Under the pieces are notes generated by a model. It made no database searches. It was given only the letters and a program-made list of their open reading frames with translations, and was not told the origin of the DNA. A stretch of 21,808 bases of DNA from a virus. Its lineage: Duplodnaviria; Heunggongvirae; Uroviricota; Caudoviricetes. The stretch lies in the IMG/VR virus record IMGVR_UViG_2740892234_000019. One strand, written 5' to 3'. Of this stretch, positions 1-8,778 are shown one piece after another (within the stretch, counting starts at the first letter, position 1; each line of letters begins with the position of its first letter). A program made the position numbers and the translations under genes.

Positions 1-318
1 TTGCCTCCCCCCCGTTGATGGGTAAAATAGCCGCAATTTTTCGTTTTCAACAAGCGCGGCGCGATGCCGCTTACTCAAGAAGAAAGAATTATGACGTTGT
101 CTCCTTATTTGCAAGAGGTGGCGAAGCGCCGCACTTTTGCCATTATTTCTCACCCCAATAATTAAGCCTAAATTAAAGCTCTTTTACTCTTTCAAAGTCC
201 TTTCAGTTAATTGAGTGCTAATCATATAACTCATTAATAACATGATGTTATGTGGTTTCTTTAATTGAAAATTCTTTCATGTAACTTTAAATCGATCAGG
301 TTGCTTTCATCAAAAATC

Positions 319-375
319 TGTACATGCGCTTGTACATAATGTACAAAACAGCAGAGGTGTTTTTTTATTTGTACA
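319..375. promoter_or_regulatory. Four TGTACA hexamers (319-324, 331-336, 340-345, 370-375) just upstream of the integrase start, including the inverted pair TTGTACA-taa-TGTACAA at 330-346
   Basis: Read directly from the sequence; the palindromic hexamer recurs 4 times within 57 bp at -66 to -10 relative to the int ATG. Function (operator or arm-type site) is inferred. Confidence 0.3.
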
Positions 376-384
376 AGGTGAGTA

Positions 385-1602
385 ATGGCGCTGTCTGATG
401 CGTGGTTGCGTTCAGTCGTTGGAAAGGAACGTGATAAGGTTTTGGTTAAATCCGATCGTGATGGTCTGTCTGTCAGAGTATCACCGAAAGGTCGCGTAGT
501 GTTCCAATATCGTTATCAATGGGCAGGGAAAGGTGAGCGCCTTGATATCGGAACTTACCCGGCAACTGGATTAAAAGAGGCCAGAGAAGAAGTTATCCGT
601 CTCCGTGGTGAACTCGAGTCAAACCGCAATCCACGATTAGTCAAGCAGGCTGAAAAACGAAAAGCTACTGAAGCCATGACGGTAGAGTCTGTGATCCGTG
701 CCTGGTATGAAGCATATTGTGTAAAAAATAAAAAAGGTTCTGAACAGATACTCCGCTCGTTTGAGCTGCACCTGTTCTCTAAAATCGGGAATATCCCTCA
801 CGATGCAGCTACATTGCATGATTGGTTAGAAGTCCTGGAGCCTCTTAGCACTAAGACTCCAGCAATAGCAGACCGATTGCTAATTAACGCAAAGCAGGCC
901 CATGTCTGGGCGTATAAGAGAAAGCTCATTGAAACTCGCCCGCTGTCGGATATCACGGGTAAAGATATGGATATCCGTAAAGGTCAGAAGAAACGGTTTC
1001 TGACACATGATGAAATTAAAATCCTTTATGCTGCGATCGATGGTTCTCGAATGGTTCCTAAATACCGGGCCTTCATTAAACTATTGCTGCATTTTGGCTG
1101 CCGTAGTTCAGAGCTAATTACCGCTAGGGTGGATGATTTTGATTTCATTAATAAGGTATGGACTGTACCGCCAGAACGACATAAGACAGGGGATATAACA
1201 GGCGAACCGCTAAAGCGCCCCATTATTGAACCGGTTGAAGAGCTTATAAAGTACGTTATCTCTATGAACAATGGTTCCGATATGCTTTTTACTAAGGAAG
1301 GAAGCAGGGAACCCGTTGGCCGGACATCATTGCAGTCGCTGCCTTACAATTTAATGCAGTACGCATGGCGGCGTTTGGGGTATCAATTCCCTCATTGGTC
1401 TCTTCATGATTTGAGACGAACAGCACGAACAAACTTTTCTGATCTTACTGCACCTCATATTGCAGAAATAATGCTCGGTCATAAACTGCCAGGGGTATGG
1501 CAGGTTTATGACAAGAGCGATTATTTAGATGAACAGCGTAAAGCTTACCAGGCATGGTGGGAGAGAGTTGAATCGATAGTTACTTGTACTTGTTCAGACT
1601 AG
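385..1602 (+). CDS. Phage tyrosine integrase, P4-like
   Basis: 405-aa ORF with AGGTGA RBS 5 nt upstream of ATG. Tyrosine recombinase signatures: GCRSSEL (Arg box), HDLRRTART (His/Arg box) and a C-terminal Tyr (VYDKSDY). Lies at the edge of the prophage. Confidence 0.9.
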   Translation: MALSDAWLRSVVGKERDKVLVKSDRDGLSVRVSPKGRVVFQYRYQWAGKGERLDIGTYPATGLKEAREEVIRLRGELESNRNPRLVKQAEKRKATEAMTVESVIRAWYEAYCVKNKKGSEQILRSFELHLFSKIGNIPHDAATLHDWLEVLEPLSTKTPAIADRLLINAKQAHVWAYKRKLIETRPLSDITGKDMDIRKGQKKRFLTHDEIKILYAAIDGSRMVPKYRAFIKLLLHFGCRSSELITARVDDFDFINKVWTVPPERHKTGDITGEPLKRPIIEPVEELIKYVISMNNGSDMLFTKEGSREPVGRTSLQSLPYNLMQYAWRRLGYQFPHWSLHDLRRTARTNFSDLTAPHIAEIMLGHKLPGVWQVYDKSDYLDEQRKAYQAWWERVESIVTCTCSD

Positions 1603-1735
1603 TACTGACATTTTGCATAGGCAGAACGCAATTATGCATATTGCGGTATAATCCCCTTCTTAAAACTGTAAGAATTGCTTGCTAATCCTTGCAGTTTTTG
1701 ATTATAACATTCTTATTTGTTTATTAGGATTTTTG

Positions 1736-3868
1736 ATGGAACTGTTACAGGAACACGGGGCGATACTTAAAGTTGTAATCATGCCTACTACTGGGGAACA
1801 AACCATAATCCAAGGTTTCGATACTGGCCTCCTCAACCCAGAGATATCCAACATTCTTTTTTTATTGGCCAAAACACCAAAAGAAATTAGTGAGATTTTT
1901 GTCAATGAAAATGATAACTTTCAGCCTACTCTAAGCGGGCTAAATCCTATTTTTTTAATATCTAAAGAAAATCTTGAAAAAATACCAAATATTTATCAAA
2001 CGCCATTTTGCTTAATTTTTTGTGCTAAAGAAGATTTTTCGTATGTTTGTGCTTTAAAAAAACATTTTGCTATACCACCTATAATTTGTTGCAATTCTAA
2101 ACGCGCTGATCTACCACTTAATAAGATTAATAGTATATACTCATTTGATAAGGTGCTCTTCTCTCGGTTGAAATTCATTGAGGATAAAATAAGAAAAAAT
2201 CACAGTGAAAAGAAAATATCAACGAAGTTGAAGCGAAGAGGGGCTTTATTTAATAAATCACCTTGGAGATCGACGCTTAACAATTCAACACTACCCAATG
2301 AGTTGTTAATTGAATCACTTGGCTATATGCTATCTCCACCAAAAAGAATTAAAGATGGTAGTAGCAAAAGAGAGTTTATAGAAATAATACTTCATAGCGT
2401 TGATGCATACACCGAATGTTTAAAGGAATTAGATATACCACTTCCAACGGAAGTCTTACTTTTTGCTCCGGGTATGCACTCTTTTTTATATGATAAAAAT
2501 AATGACTTTTATGAGTTAATAACGGAAAATTTATCCACAATTGAGAAAAAATTCCTTATTGATGGAGTGTTGAGGAATCCAGGCTATTCTGGAATTAGAC
2601 TTGATATAAATTCAGATAGAAAAGAACTTTTTAAAAGTCCTGCTTTCCGTTACCTCACCTCACTAAGACGCGCTGAAATGCGATTAACAACAGCTGCGAT
2701 TACTTTATTTAGCATAAATAAAAAAATCCCAGCAATAAGATTGCCAAATGCAATAAATCATTACTCCAATTATTTGAAAAATCTTGAAGATCTTGCAACT
2801 TCTTCTGGGATAAATAGTGAAGCATTCATCACTAAATCTAAAGCATTCAATACTGTTATTCGAAGAGCCCTTGGTTGCAAGTTGAGAACATATATAAGTA
2901 AAAACTATAGCGATTTGTCCTTTGTTTGTGATGTACCATTGGATTGGATTAGGTTTAATAACATACCTATAATGTTCAGTCATGAGATATCAAGAATAAA
3001 TGCTACGCCTGGTAACGTTCTTCTACAGAGCGCCTCTGCTTTTCCGCGCGTTTTAGTAAAAGCATCTGAGTTGAGAAAGGTTTTAGTTATACGTTCTTTT
3101 GAGCCTGATGATCACTTAAAGTTCATATTAGAGAACGCAATTGAGATATTTAAAAAACAGATGCCAGATCTTGATTGCGAGATTATTGATGTTAGATCGA
3201 AAGCTGAGTTTATTGATGCTCTAAATCAATATCAAGGTCATATTCTTGTTATGGATTGTCATGGAAACCATGATGGCAATGGGAGTCATGGATGGTTAAT
3301 AATAGGTGAGGATAAAGTGGACACTTGGAGTTTGAGAAAAATAGCAAGAATTCCTCCTATCGTAATTCTGAGTGCATGTTTAACATCTGCCCTAAGTGGT
3401 TCTCATGCCTCTGTTGCTAATGGCTTCGTTATAAGTGGTGCATTAAGTGTCATCGGAACATTACTGCCTGTAAATGCGATAGACTCTGCTGTTTTTGTAA
3501 GTCGGTTGATCTACCGGTTTTACGAGTTTCCTTCGACGCTATCTACAAATTTTACACATGTTAATGTAAGGCTTTTTCTTTCTGTTTTTCTTAGGATGTC
3601 CTATGCAAGCGATTTAATAAGAGGATTTTTATCTGAAGATTTGATACCGAATAATTCATGGAAGAAAGATGCAGTTGATATTAACATGTATATAAACATG
3701 CTTCACCATGATTGGTATGATTATGTAATTAACAAATTGACGATGTTAACGGGGCTCACGAAAAAAGATGTACTTGATTTTATCGATAGAAAATTATTCA
3801 TAACTGAAACTATGTGCTATAGCCAAATTGGATTTCCAGATGCAATCACAATTAGTCTTAAAGATTGA
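1736..3868 (+). CDS. Large AT-rich protein with C-terminal caspase-like (CHAT / peptidase C14 clan) domain; candidate stand-alone defence or abortive-infection effector
   Basis: 710-aa ORF from ATG 1736 (AGGA RBS 7 nt upstream; the track ORF starts at an upstream TTG 1679). Composition is visibly AT-rich compared with flanking phage genes. Caspase-fold dyad signature: GHILVMDCHGNHD, then about 38 aa later PPIVILSACLTSA. No Walker A motif; the N-terminal ~470 aa have no motif I can name. Confidence 0.7.
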   Translation: MELLQEHGAILKVVIMPTTGEQTIIQGFDTGLLNPEISNILFLLAKTPKEISEIFVNENDNFQPTLSGLNPIFLISKENLEKIPNIYQTPFCLIFCAKEDFSYVCALKKHFAIPPIICCNSKRADLPLNKINSIYSFDKVLFSRLKFIEDKIRKNHSEKKISTKLKRRGALFNKSPWRSTLNNSTLPNELLIESLGYMLSPPKRIKDGSSKREFIEIILHSVDAYTECLKELDIPLPTEVLLFAPGMHSFLYDKNNDFYELITENLSTIEKKFLIDGVLRNPGYSGIRLDINSDRKELFKSPAFRYLTSLRRAEMRLTTAAITLFSINKKIPAIRLPNAINHYSNYLKNLEDLATSSGINSEAFITKSKAFNTVIRRALGCKLRTYISKNYSDLSFVCDVPLDWIRFNNIPIMFSHEISRINATPGNVLLQSASAFPRVLVKASELRKVLVIRSFEPDDHLKFILENAIEIFKKQMPDLDCEIIDVRSKAEFIDALNQYQGHILVMDCHGNHDGNGSHGWLIIGEDKVDTWSLRKIARIPPIVILSACLTSALSGSHASVANGFVISGALSVIGTLLPVNAIDSAVFVSRLIYRFYEFPSTLSTNFTHVNVRLFLSVFLRMSYASDLIRGFLSEDLIPNNSWKKDAVDINMYINMLHHDWYDYVINKLTMLTGLTKKDVLDFIDRKLFITETMCYSQIGFPDAITISLKD

Positions 3869-3899
3869 CAACTGTATGTAATAAATATGGCATACTTCC

Positions 3900-3940
3900 G
3901 GCACAGAGCGAATATAACAGATCAGGTTTAGCTCTGTGCC
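3900..3940. repeat. 10-bp perfect inverted repeat (GGCACAGAGC ... GCTCTGTGCC) with a 21-nt loop, between the convergent CHAT and xis genes
   Basis: Read directly from the sequence. Could be a bidirectional terminator or a protein-binding site; no clear T-run. Confidence 0.3.
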
Positions 3941-3975
3941 ATAGGTGTACCAACTCTCATCTGAGCTAATGCTCG

Positions 3976-4170
3976 TTACTCAATAACTCCCGCAAATTTG
4001 TAAATCTTGCGTGATGCCCATTTATTTGGGCATGATTTAATATCAGGATCTGGAAAGTCTGGCCTGTATTTCTGGCCAGTTCTCCTGTTTACGCTGTTCC
4101 AGCGAAGAACTGTCGATACTGAAACTCCACAGAAGTTGGCGACTTGTTTAGTTGTCATTAAGTTGTTCAT
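3976..4170 (-). CDS. Excisionase-like small HTH DNA-binding protein (Xis/AlpA-like)
   Basis: 64-aa ORF whose start overlaps the upstream stop (translational coupling). Motifs STVLRW ... DFPDPD ... KIYKF resemble the excisionase-type winged helix. Lies at the int-proximal end of the leftward operon. Confidence 0.55.
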   Translation of the reverse strand: MNNLMTTKQVANFCGVSVSTVLRWNSVNRRTGQKYRPDFPDPDIKSCPNKWASRKIYKFAGVIE

Positions 4171-4790
4171 TACTTTACCTCCTGCGGCGGCTCCGGTAGC
4201 GGCATCCAGTGGGTTACTTTCGATGCCGGTTCTTCCACATCGTCAGTAACTGCCCACCATTTGTTTCTCGACCAATCGTAATACCCTTCGAAGGTATCGC
4301 ACTCAGTCCAGCCGTAAGACTTCCCCCAACACCAAACATACTGTTTATCGTTCGGCATTCGCTCACTACAGCTTATCCAACCATCCGGAGTTACCGGAGA
4401 GTTGCCCGACAGCTCGTTCAACTTGTAAGTCTGGCTTACAGGTTTGGCACCATGAAGCATGGCGGCGCGGCAGGCGTTCCAGCCTTCATCAAAGCCGACT
4501 ATGCCATTATTTAAAGACGGAAGAGCATCCGGCACCACCGACACTGGCTGAGCCATATATAGCGGCTGAACATACCAGCCCTTTGATAACCAACTGTCAG
4601 CAATGTTTTTGCTCCTGGTTATTGCCGGAATACCTAAGCCATTGTCTGAATGAAGCCACGCCACCGGCTCTGCTTCCAGTGATGCCAGAGCAATTTCATA
4701 AGCAAGGCGCTCAACATTGTCTCGCACGTCTAGGCTGCCGATTCGTTCTTTGATTTCTTTAATCTGTTCCTTATCGGTGTAAGTGGTCAT
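4170..4790 (-). CDS. Phage protein with C-terminal DUF551-like motif
   Basis: 206-aa ORF; C-terminal W/C-rich segment ending THWMPLPEPP, as in DUF551 phage proteins; start overlaps the upstream stop. Confidence 0.6.
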   Translation of the reverse strand: MTTYTDKEQIKEIKERIGSLDVRDNVERLAYEIALASLEAEPVAWLHSDNGLGIPAITRSKNIADSWLSKGWYVQPLYMAQPVSVVPDALPSLNNGIVGFDEGWNACRAAMLHGAKPVSQTYKLNELSGNSPVTPDGWISCSERMPNDKQYVWCWGKSYGWTECDTFEGYYDWSRNKWWAVTDDVEEPASKVTHWMPLPEPPQEVK

Positions 4791-5152
4791 TATGCTCCAG
4801 CCTCCGGTGCTTTTGGCATTACTGCCCAGTGAGTGATATTAATATTTTCAAGGTCCCCGATCTGAAATGTCCACTGCCATTCTCCGGTTTCTTTTTGTCC
4901 CCAGGTGTACCAGAGAGAACGCCAGCCAATCAGCCAGCCTTCTCCGTTAGCATCAAATAACAGAACACTTTCATTTGCTGGTGGCAGTTCAACTGATACT
5001 GGTATTACTTTGTTTTCCTGTGCTGCACATTTAGCTTCAAGCGCATCGAATTTACGCACCAGGTATTCAGCATCCGTTTCATTCACTTTCAGGTCTCGTG
5101 GTACACATCTCCCGTGAAGAAACCCTTCCATTTCGAAAACATTCATGCGCAT
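4790..5152 (-). CDS. Phage protein, DUF551-like (yfdS-like position and length)
   Basis: 120-aa ORF ending THWAVMPKAPE; overlaps the stop of the upstream HD-domain gene (ATG at 5152 or 5146). Confidence 0.55.
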   Translation of the reverse strand: MRMNVFEMEGFLHGRCVPRDLKVNETDAEYLVRKFDALEAKCAAQENKVIPVSVELPPANESVLLFDANGEGWLIGWRSLWYTWGQKETGEWQWTFQIGDLENINITHWAVMPKAPEAGA

Positions 5153-5679
5153 TTGCGTAACTCCGATAACTCGTTAAAACGTTCCATAAACATCCCGTAG
5201 GCATGGCCCGGAGCCAGTGGAATAACTTTGAACATCTCTGTTGCCGGGATACCTTCCAGTACTGGCCAGAAAGAGCCATCATCAAGCCCGAGATCGCGGC
5301 GTTCAGTTGCCAGCATGATGAGATCGGCATATTTCACAGGCGTGCTCATAACCGGGGGTAACCCGTATTTCTCACGGATTACGGCGTCTATTTTTTCTTC
5401 CATCCGTTTATAGTCAGGAAGAAGGCGTTTCAGTGGTGCGGGAATGTCCTGGCAATACGCTTCTGTTGCATCATGCATTAACGCTTCAAAAGCAAATTCC
5501 TGCGGTACCAGCTGGCTGCAAAGCACCGCATGTTGGGCGACGCTGTAGAAGTGTGAAAGATGTCCTGCAAAGCGACAGATATTTGAAAGGGAAACCGCGA
5601 TATCGTTAATCACGATGTCGTCTTTATTTATCTTGTCATAATAAAAATGCTTCCCAGAAAAAGTTTTAATAAATGACAT
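5143..5679 (-). CDS. yfdR: HD-domain phosphohydrolase (5'-deoxynucleotidase YfdR-like)
   Basis: 178 aa from ATG 5679 (MSFIKTF...), with GGAGAA RBS 5 nt upstream. HD-domain His and His-Asp motifs (VAQHAVL, ALMHDATEAY). Length and neighbourhood match my recollection of the CPS-53 yfdPQRS block; the symbol is from memory, not a search. Confidence 0.65.
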   Translation of the reverse strand: MSFIKTFSGKHFYYDKINKDDIVINDIAVSLSNICRFAGHLSHFYSVAQHAVLCSQLVPQEFAFEALMHDATEAYCQDIPAPLKRLLPDYKRMEEKIDAVIREKYGLPPVMSTPVKYADLIMLATERRDLGLDDGSFWPVLEGIPATEMFKVIPLAPGHAYGMFMERFNELSELRKCA

Positions 5680-5812
5680 TTTGTTCTCCACGTATATGTG
5701 CTGCACCACGCTGAATTCTGGTAAAAGGAAGCCCTCACCATCCGGCGATTATTGAGTCGATTATGTTTCCATAAATGCCCCCGCAGGGGCATTTGCAGTA
5801 ATGAAATCAGGC

Positions 5813-5822
5813 NNNNNNNNNN
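5813..5822. other. Assembly gap (N x10)
   Basis: Run of N. Right flank 5823-6123 is a ~95% identical copy of 5506-5812. Confidence 0.95.
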
Positions 5823-5996
5823 CACCAGCTGGCTGCAAAGCACCGCATGTTGGGCGACGCTGTAGAAGTGAGAAAGATGACCGGCAAAGCGACAGATATT
5901 TGAAAGGGAAACCGCGATATCGTTAATAACGATGTCATCTTTATTTATCTTGTCATAATAAAAATGCTTCCCGGAAAAAGTTTTAATAAATGACAT
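5823..5996 (-). pseudogene. Partial second copy of the yfdR-like 5' end (MSFIKTF... start at 5996), truncated at the gap; contig-overlap or paralog artefact
   Basis: Sequence nearly identical to 5506-5679 but with point differences; ends at the N-run. Confidence 0.5.
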
Positions 5997-6123
5997 TTTG
6001 TTCTCCACGTATATGCGCTGCACCGCGCTGAATTTGGGTAAAAGGAAGCCCTCACCATCCGGTGATTATTGAGTTAATTACGTTTCCATAAATGCCCCCG
6101 CAGGGGCATTTGCAGTAATGAAA

Positions 6124-7144
6124 TCAGGCGGTGAAAGTACCAATAAAGGTTTCTACTTTGCTGTCTTTGAATTTCTCAACAAGCAGATCACGAAATTCGT
6201 TAGCCATTTCTTCCTGCACCGCTTCCAGCTGAATAATGCGCAGAACCAGTACAGGACGATCGCCAGTGATAATGCTGAGGCGTAATTTAAACGGACGTTC
6301 TTTCAGACCTTCAAACGGAACGCATTTAAATTCAAATGCCACTGGCATAATGTCTTTGGTCTTCGCTTCGACAGATTCCATCAGGGAGCGTTTGCCGCTG
6401 AAGTCATTATCTTCAAAATCAGCGGTCTGGTTTGCTTCAATCGTGATTTTACGGATTGCCGCAGCCGCTTTTGTTGCCTGAATGGCGCCACCATTAGCAT
6501 CAAAGCCCACAAGGTAGTCGGCCCAGTCTTCAATCCATTCTGCCAGNNNNNNNNNNTTTCGCTTCGACAGACTCCATCAGAGAGCGTTTGCCGCTGAAGT
6601 CATTATCTTCAAAATCAGCGGTCTGGTTCGCTTCAATCGTGATTTTACGGACCGCCGCAGCCGCTTTTGTTGCCTGAATGGTGTCACCATTAGTATCAAA
6701 GCCCACAAGGTAGTCGGCCCAGTCTTCAATCCATTCTGCCAGTGATTTCTGGGAGTTACGCTCGCCGTTAACAGACAACAGGGCAGAGAACGGTGCTGTC
6801 TTTTTCAGTTTGAGAGTGGCGGTGTTATCTGCGTGACCTGGTTCATCAATAGTACCCAGGTTAAGCACACTGACGGCACGCATATTATCAGCATCGATAA
6901 AGCAGCGGGTGCCTTCATCTGCAAGATCTTTAGAATAACGGGTAAAGTCATCGATGCTGGCAGTGGAAAGCGCACCACGGAAACGGAAGCGATTTAAATT
7001 AAATTTTTCCAGATCATGAATGCGGAAATTCTCAGGCAATGCCACAGCATCGGCACCAATCTTACTGATAATTTCATTAACACCCTGAGCAGAAATAAGG
7101 GCATGGATTTGATTAATTGCGGTTGCGTCTAAGTTCTGAGACAT
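6124..7144 (-). CDS. Phage protein, yfdQ-like; interrupted by gap and diverged duplicate
   Basis: Track ORFs 6530-7144 and 6124-6510 are the N- and C-terminal parts of one protein. 6557-6742 duplicates 6361-6546 with mismatches. Removing the overlap gives about 274 aa. Family not recognised beyond position. Confidence 0.55.
6547..6556. other. Assembly gap (N x10)
   Basis: Run of N flanked by a ~186-bp diverged duplicate. Confidence 0.95.
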
Positions 7145-7209
7145 AATAAGTCCTCACTATATAAAGATATTCAGTGATGAGATAAATAATCAGTTAATTA
7201 AGAACGATA

Positions 7210-7572
7210 TTAATGACCTGCTGCGCGTAGTTTTCCGTCAGGTTCACCGGCAAGAGTCAGTAATTGTCCCTGGTCTGCCTGCAGAATAGTCAGGCGACCA
7301 CCGCGATTGACATACATCGGTGTTTCGGTGGTGTCTTCTTCGGAAATTTTCCCGCGGTTAGTCGGGCGAACATATGAGAGTTTGTGTTTGATTTTCACAC
7401 GGTTCTCATCAAATGGTTCGATTTCCAGGTTGAGTGAGACCTTACCTTTGGTTTTCGTGTTCATCACACCGGAAGCGACTTCACTGAGAACTGCGCCGAT
7501 TTTGGTTTCAAATACGCCGCCGTCCAGCTCCCCGATAAATGCCTGCACATCAGTACTGCGTTCGCTAGCCAT
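7210..7572 (-). CDS. Small phage protein, first gene of the leftward early operon (yfdP-like)
   Basis: 120 aa from ATG 7572 (MASERSTD...), with GAGGAG RBS 7 nt upstream. The track ORF extends further upstream without RBS support. Confidence 0.55.
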   Translation of the reverse strand: MASERSTDVQAFIGELDGGVFETKIGAVLSEVASGVMNTKTKGKVSLNLEIEPFDENRVKIKHKLSYVRPTNRGKISEEDTTETPMYVNRGGRLTILQADQGQLLTLAGEPDGKLRAAGH

Positions 7573-7913
7573 TTTGCTGCTCCTCATCATATCGACCCTG
7601 CAAGGTCGGTTGGTTTCTCCACAAAACAGAGAAGAACACCTGCGGTGGCAGCCGCCCGGATGGATTGGGTTATGAGCCCGTCGTCCGGTGATGCTCTTCT
7701 CTGTTTTGTAAAAAGAGCGGTACCAGCCGGAAGCAAGTGTACAAACTGGTACCGCCAAAGCAGTGGCTGTTGTGGTGACCGGTGCTGATCTCCGGCTTGC
7801 GGTTATTTCAGACTCTCACGGGCGTTTAATTGCCCCGCCGAACAGCTCTTTTCCGCAATAGCTGCAATGTCTTTCGCGCATCAGCCTGCGCATTCACCAC
7901 AACTCTAAAAACA

Positions 7914-7967
7914 AATGTAGGATATCCAACATGTGAGTGTCAAGAGTTTATGTTGGTTATCCTACAT
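7914..7967 (-). promoter_or_regulatory. pL-like leftward promoter with two operator sites
   Basis: Minus-strand -35 TTGACA (7938-7943), 18-nt spacer, -10 TACATT (7914-7919). Operators ATGTAGGATATCCAACAT (7915-7932) and ATGTTGGTTATCCTACAT (7950-7967). The 7915 site is the exact reverse complement of the OR site at 8729. Confidence 0.55.
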
Positions 7968-7983
7968 AAAAAGATAGGCTCAT

Positions 7984-8005
7984 AAAAAAACCGGGGATAC
8001 CCCGG
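7984..8005 (-). terminator. Rho-independent terminator downstream of the repressor gene
   Basis: CCGGGG-ata-CCCCGG hairpin; on the minus strand it is followed by a 7-T run (plus-strand A run 7984-7990). Confidence 0.6.
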
Positions 8006-8029
8006 TTTTGCGATAGTGAGGAAGATGTG

Positions 8030-8683
8030 TCAAAAATCCATTATTACTTGTTTGACAAGACCAACTATTCTGCAGTTCTCACCGCATTCAATAGTTTTAT
8101 AGTTAGGATTTAGTGGGACGAGATACCTGTTCGGCCAGTCCTCAACAAATTTTTTGAGTGTCGCTTCTTGCCCACCATTGATATGGGCAACAACGATTTT
8201 TCCGTTAATACACTCTGTATCAATAATATCTGGCTCTACGATAACGATAGAACCTTCTGGTATCGATGGTGAGCCGAGGGGATTGGTCATTGAATCACCA
8301 CGGACCCGTAGTGCAAATGCCATTTCTGATACAAGGGCGGTAGTATAAACCCACTCTTCAGCATCTTCTTTCCTGACACCAGGCTCCGTCATTGTCCATG
8401 AACCCGCCTGAACCCACGAGATGAGGGGGACTTTTTTAACTGCGAATATTTCAGGTTTTAGATTTATCTTTGGTTCAGGCGAGCCTTTTCCGCTAACAAG
8501 CCACAGAGGATCGCATTTAAGTGCGTTGGCTAGGGCTTGAAGGTTGGCTCCATTTGGTTGGTAGTCGTCCTTTTCCCATCCAGTAACCGTGACACGGTTC
8601 ACACCAGTCAAATCAGCCAGTGCTTGTTGTGTCAGGTTCAGTTCTTTTCGCCTTTGGCGAATACGATCACTCATGTTCATCAT
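8030..8683 (-). CDS. CI-type prophage repressor (N-terminal HTH, C-terminal S24 LexA-like peptidase domain)
   Basis: 217 aa. HTH region LTQQALADLTGVNRVTVTGWE; Ala-Gly candidate autocleavage site (VQAGSW); S24 catalytic Ser in VRGDSMTNP and a downstream Lys (LKKF). Divergent from the cro-like gene. Start may be ATG 8683, 8680 or 8674. Confidence 0.85.
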   Translation of the reverse strand: MMNMSDRIRQRRKELNLTQQALADLTGVNRVTVTGWEKDDYQPNGANLQALANALKCDPLWLVSGKGSPEPKINLKPEIFAVKKVPLISWVQAGSWTMTEPGVRKEDAEEWVYTTALVSEMAFALRVRGDSMTNPLGSPSIPEGSIVIVEPDIIDTECINGKIVVAHINGGQEATLKKFVEDWPNRYLVPLNPNYKTIECGENCRIVGLVKQVIMDF

Positions 8684-8747
8684 GTAGGCAATCCTACCAC
8701 ATGCCTATGTAAGATTCTTGACATTGGTATGTTGGATATCCTACATT
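8682..8747 (+). promoter_or_regulatory. OR region: two operator sites and pR-like promoter for the cro-like gene
   Basis: Operators ATGTAGGCAATCCTACCA (8682-8699, overlapping the repressor start codon) and ATGTTGGATATCCTACAT (8729-8746). -35 TTGACA 8718-8723, 18-nt spacer, -10 TACATT 8742-8747. Confidence 0.6.
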
Positions 8748-8778
8748 TCTGCTTAACGTAATTTAACGGGAGACAGAA

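Noticed and set aside
64-165. 33-aa ORF near the window start ([33 protein letters not shown])
   Set aside because: Too short, no RBS, and lies in the presumed att/flank region; cannot be distinguished from chance or a gene remnant.
637-1271. Minus-strand ORFs 637-819 and 1026-1271 inside the integrase gene
   Set aside because: Antisense shadow ORFs within a well-supported CDS; no RBS and odd composition.
1702-2983. Minus-strand ORFs (1702-1905, 1996-2178, 2705-2983) inside the CHAT-domain gene
   Set aside because: AT-rich antisense frames; the plus-strand gene is continuous across them.
4007-4514. Plus-strand ORFs 4007-4249 and 4209-4514
   Set aside because: Antisense to the excisionase-like and DUF551-like genes; low-complexity Pro/Ser/Arg-rich translations.
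7307-7758. Plus ORF 7307-7675 and the long upstream extension of minus ORF 7210-7758
   Set aside because: The RBS-supported start at 7572 gives a compact 120-aa protein; the extension and the antisense ORF have no start signals.
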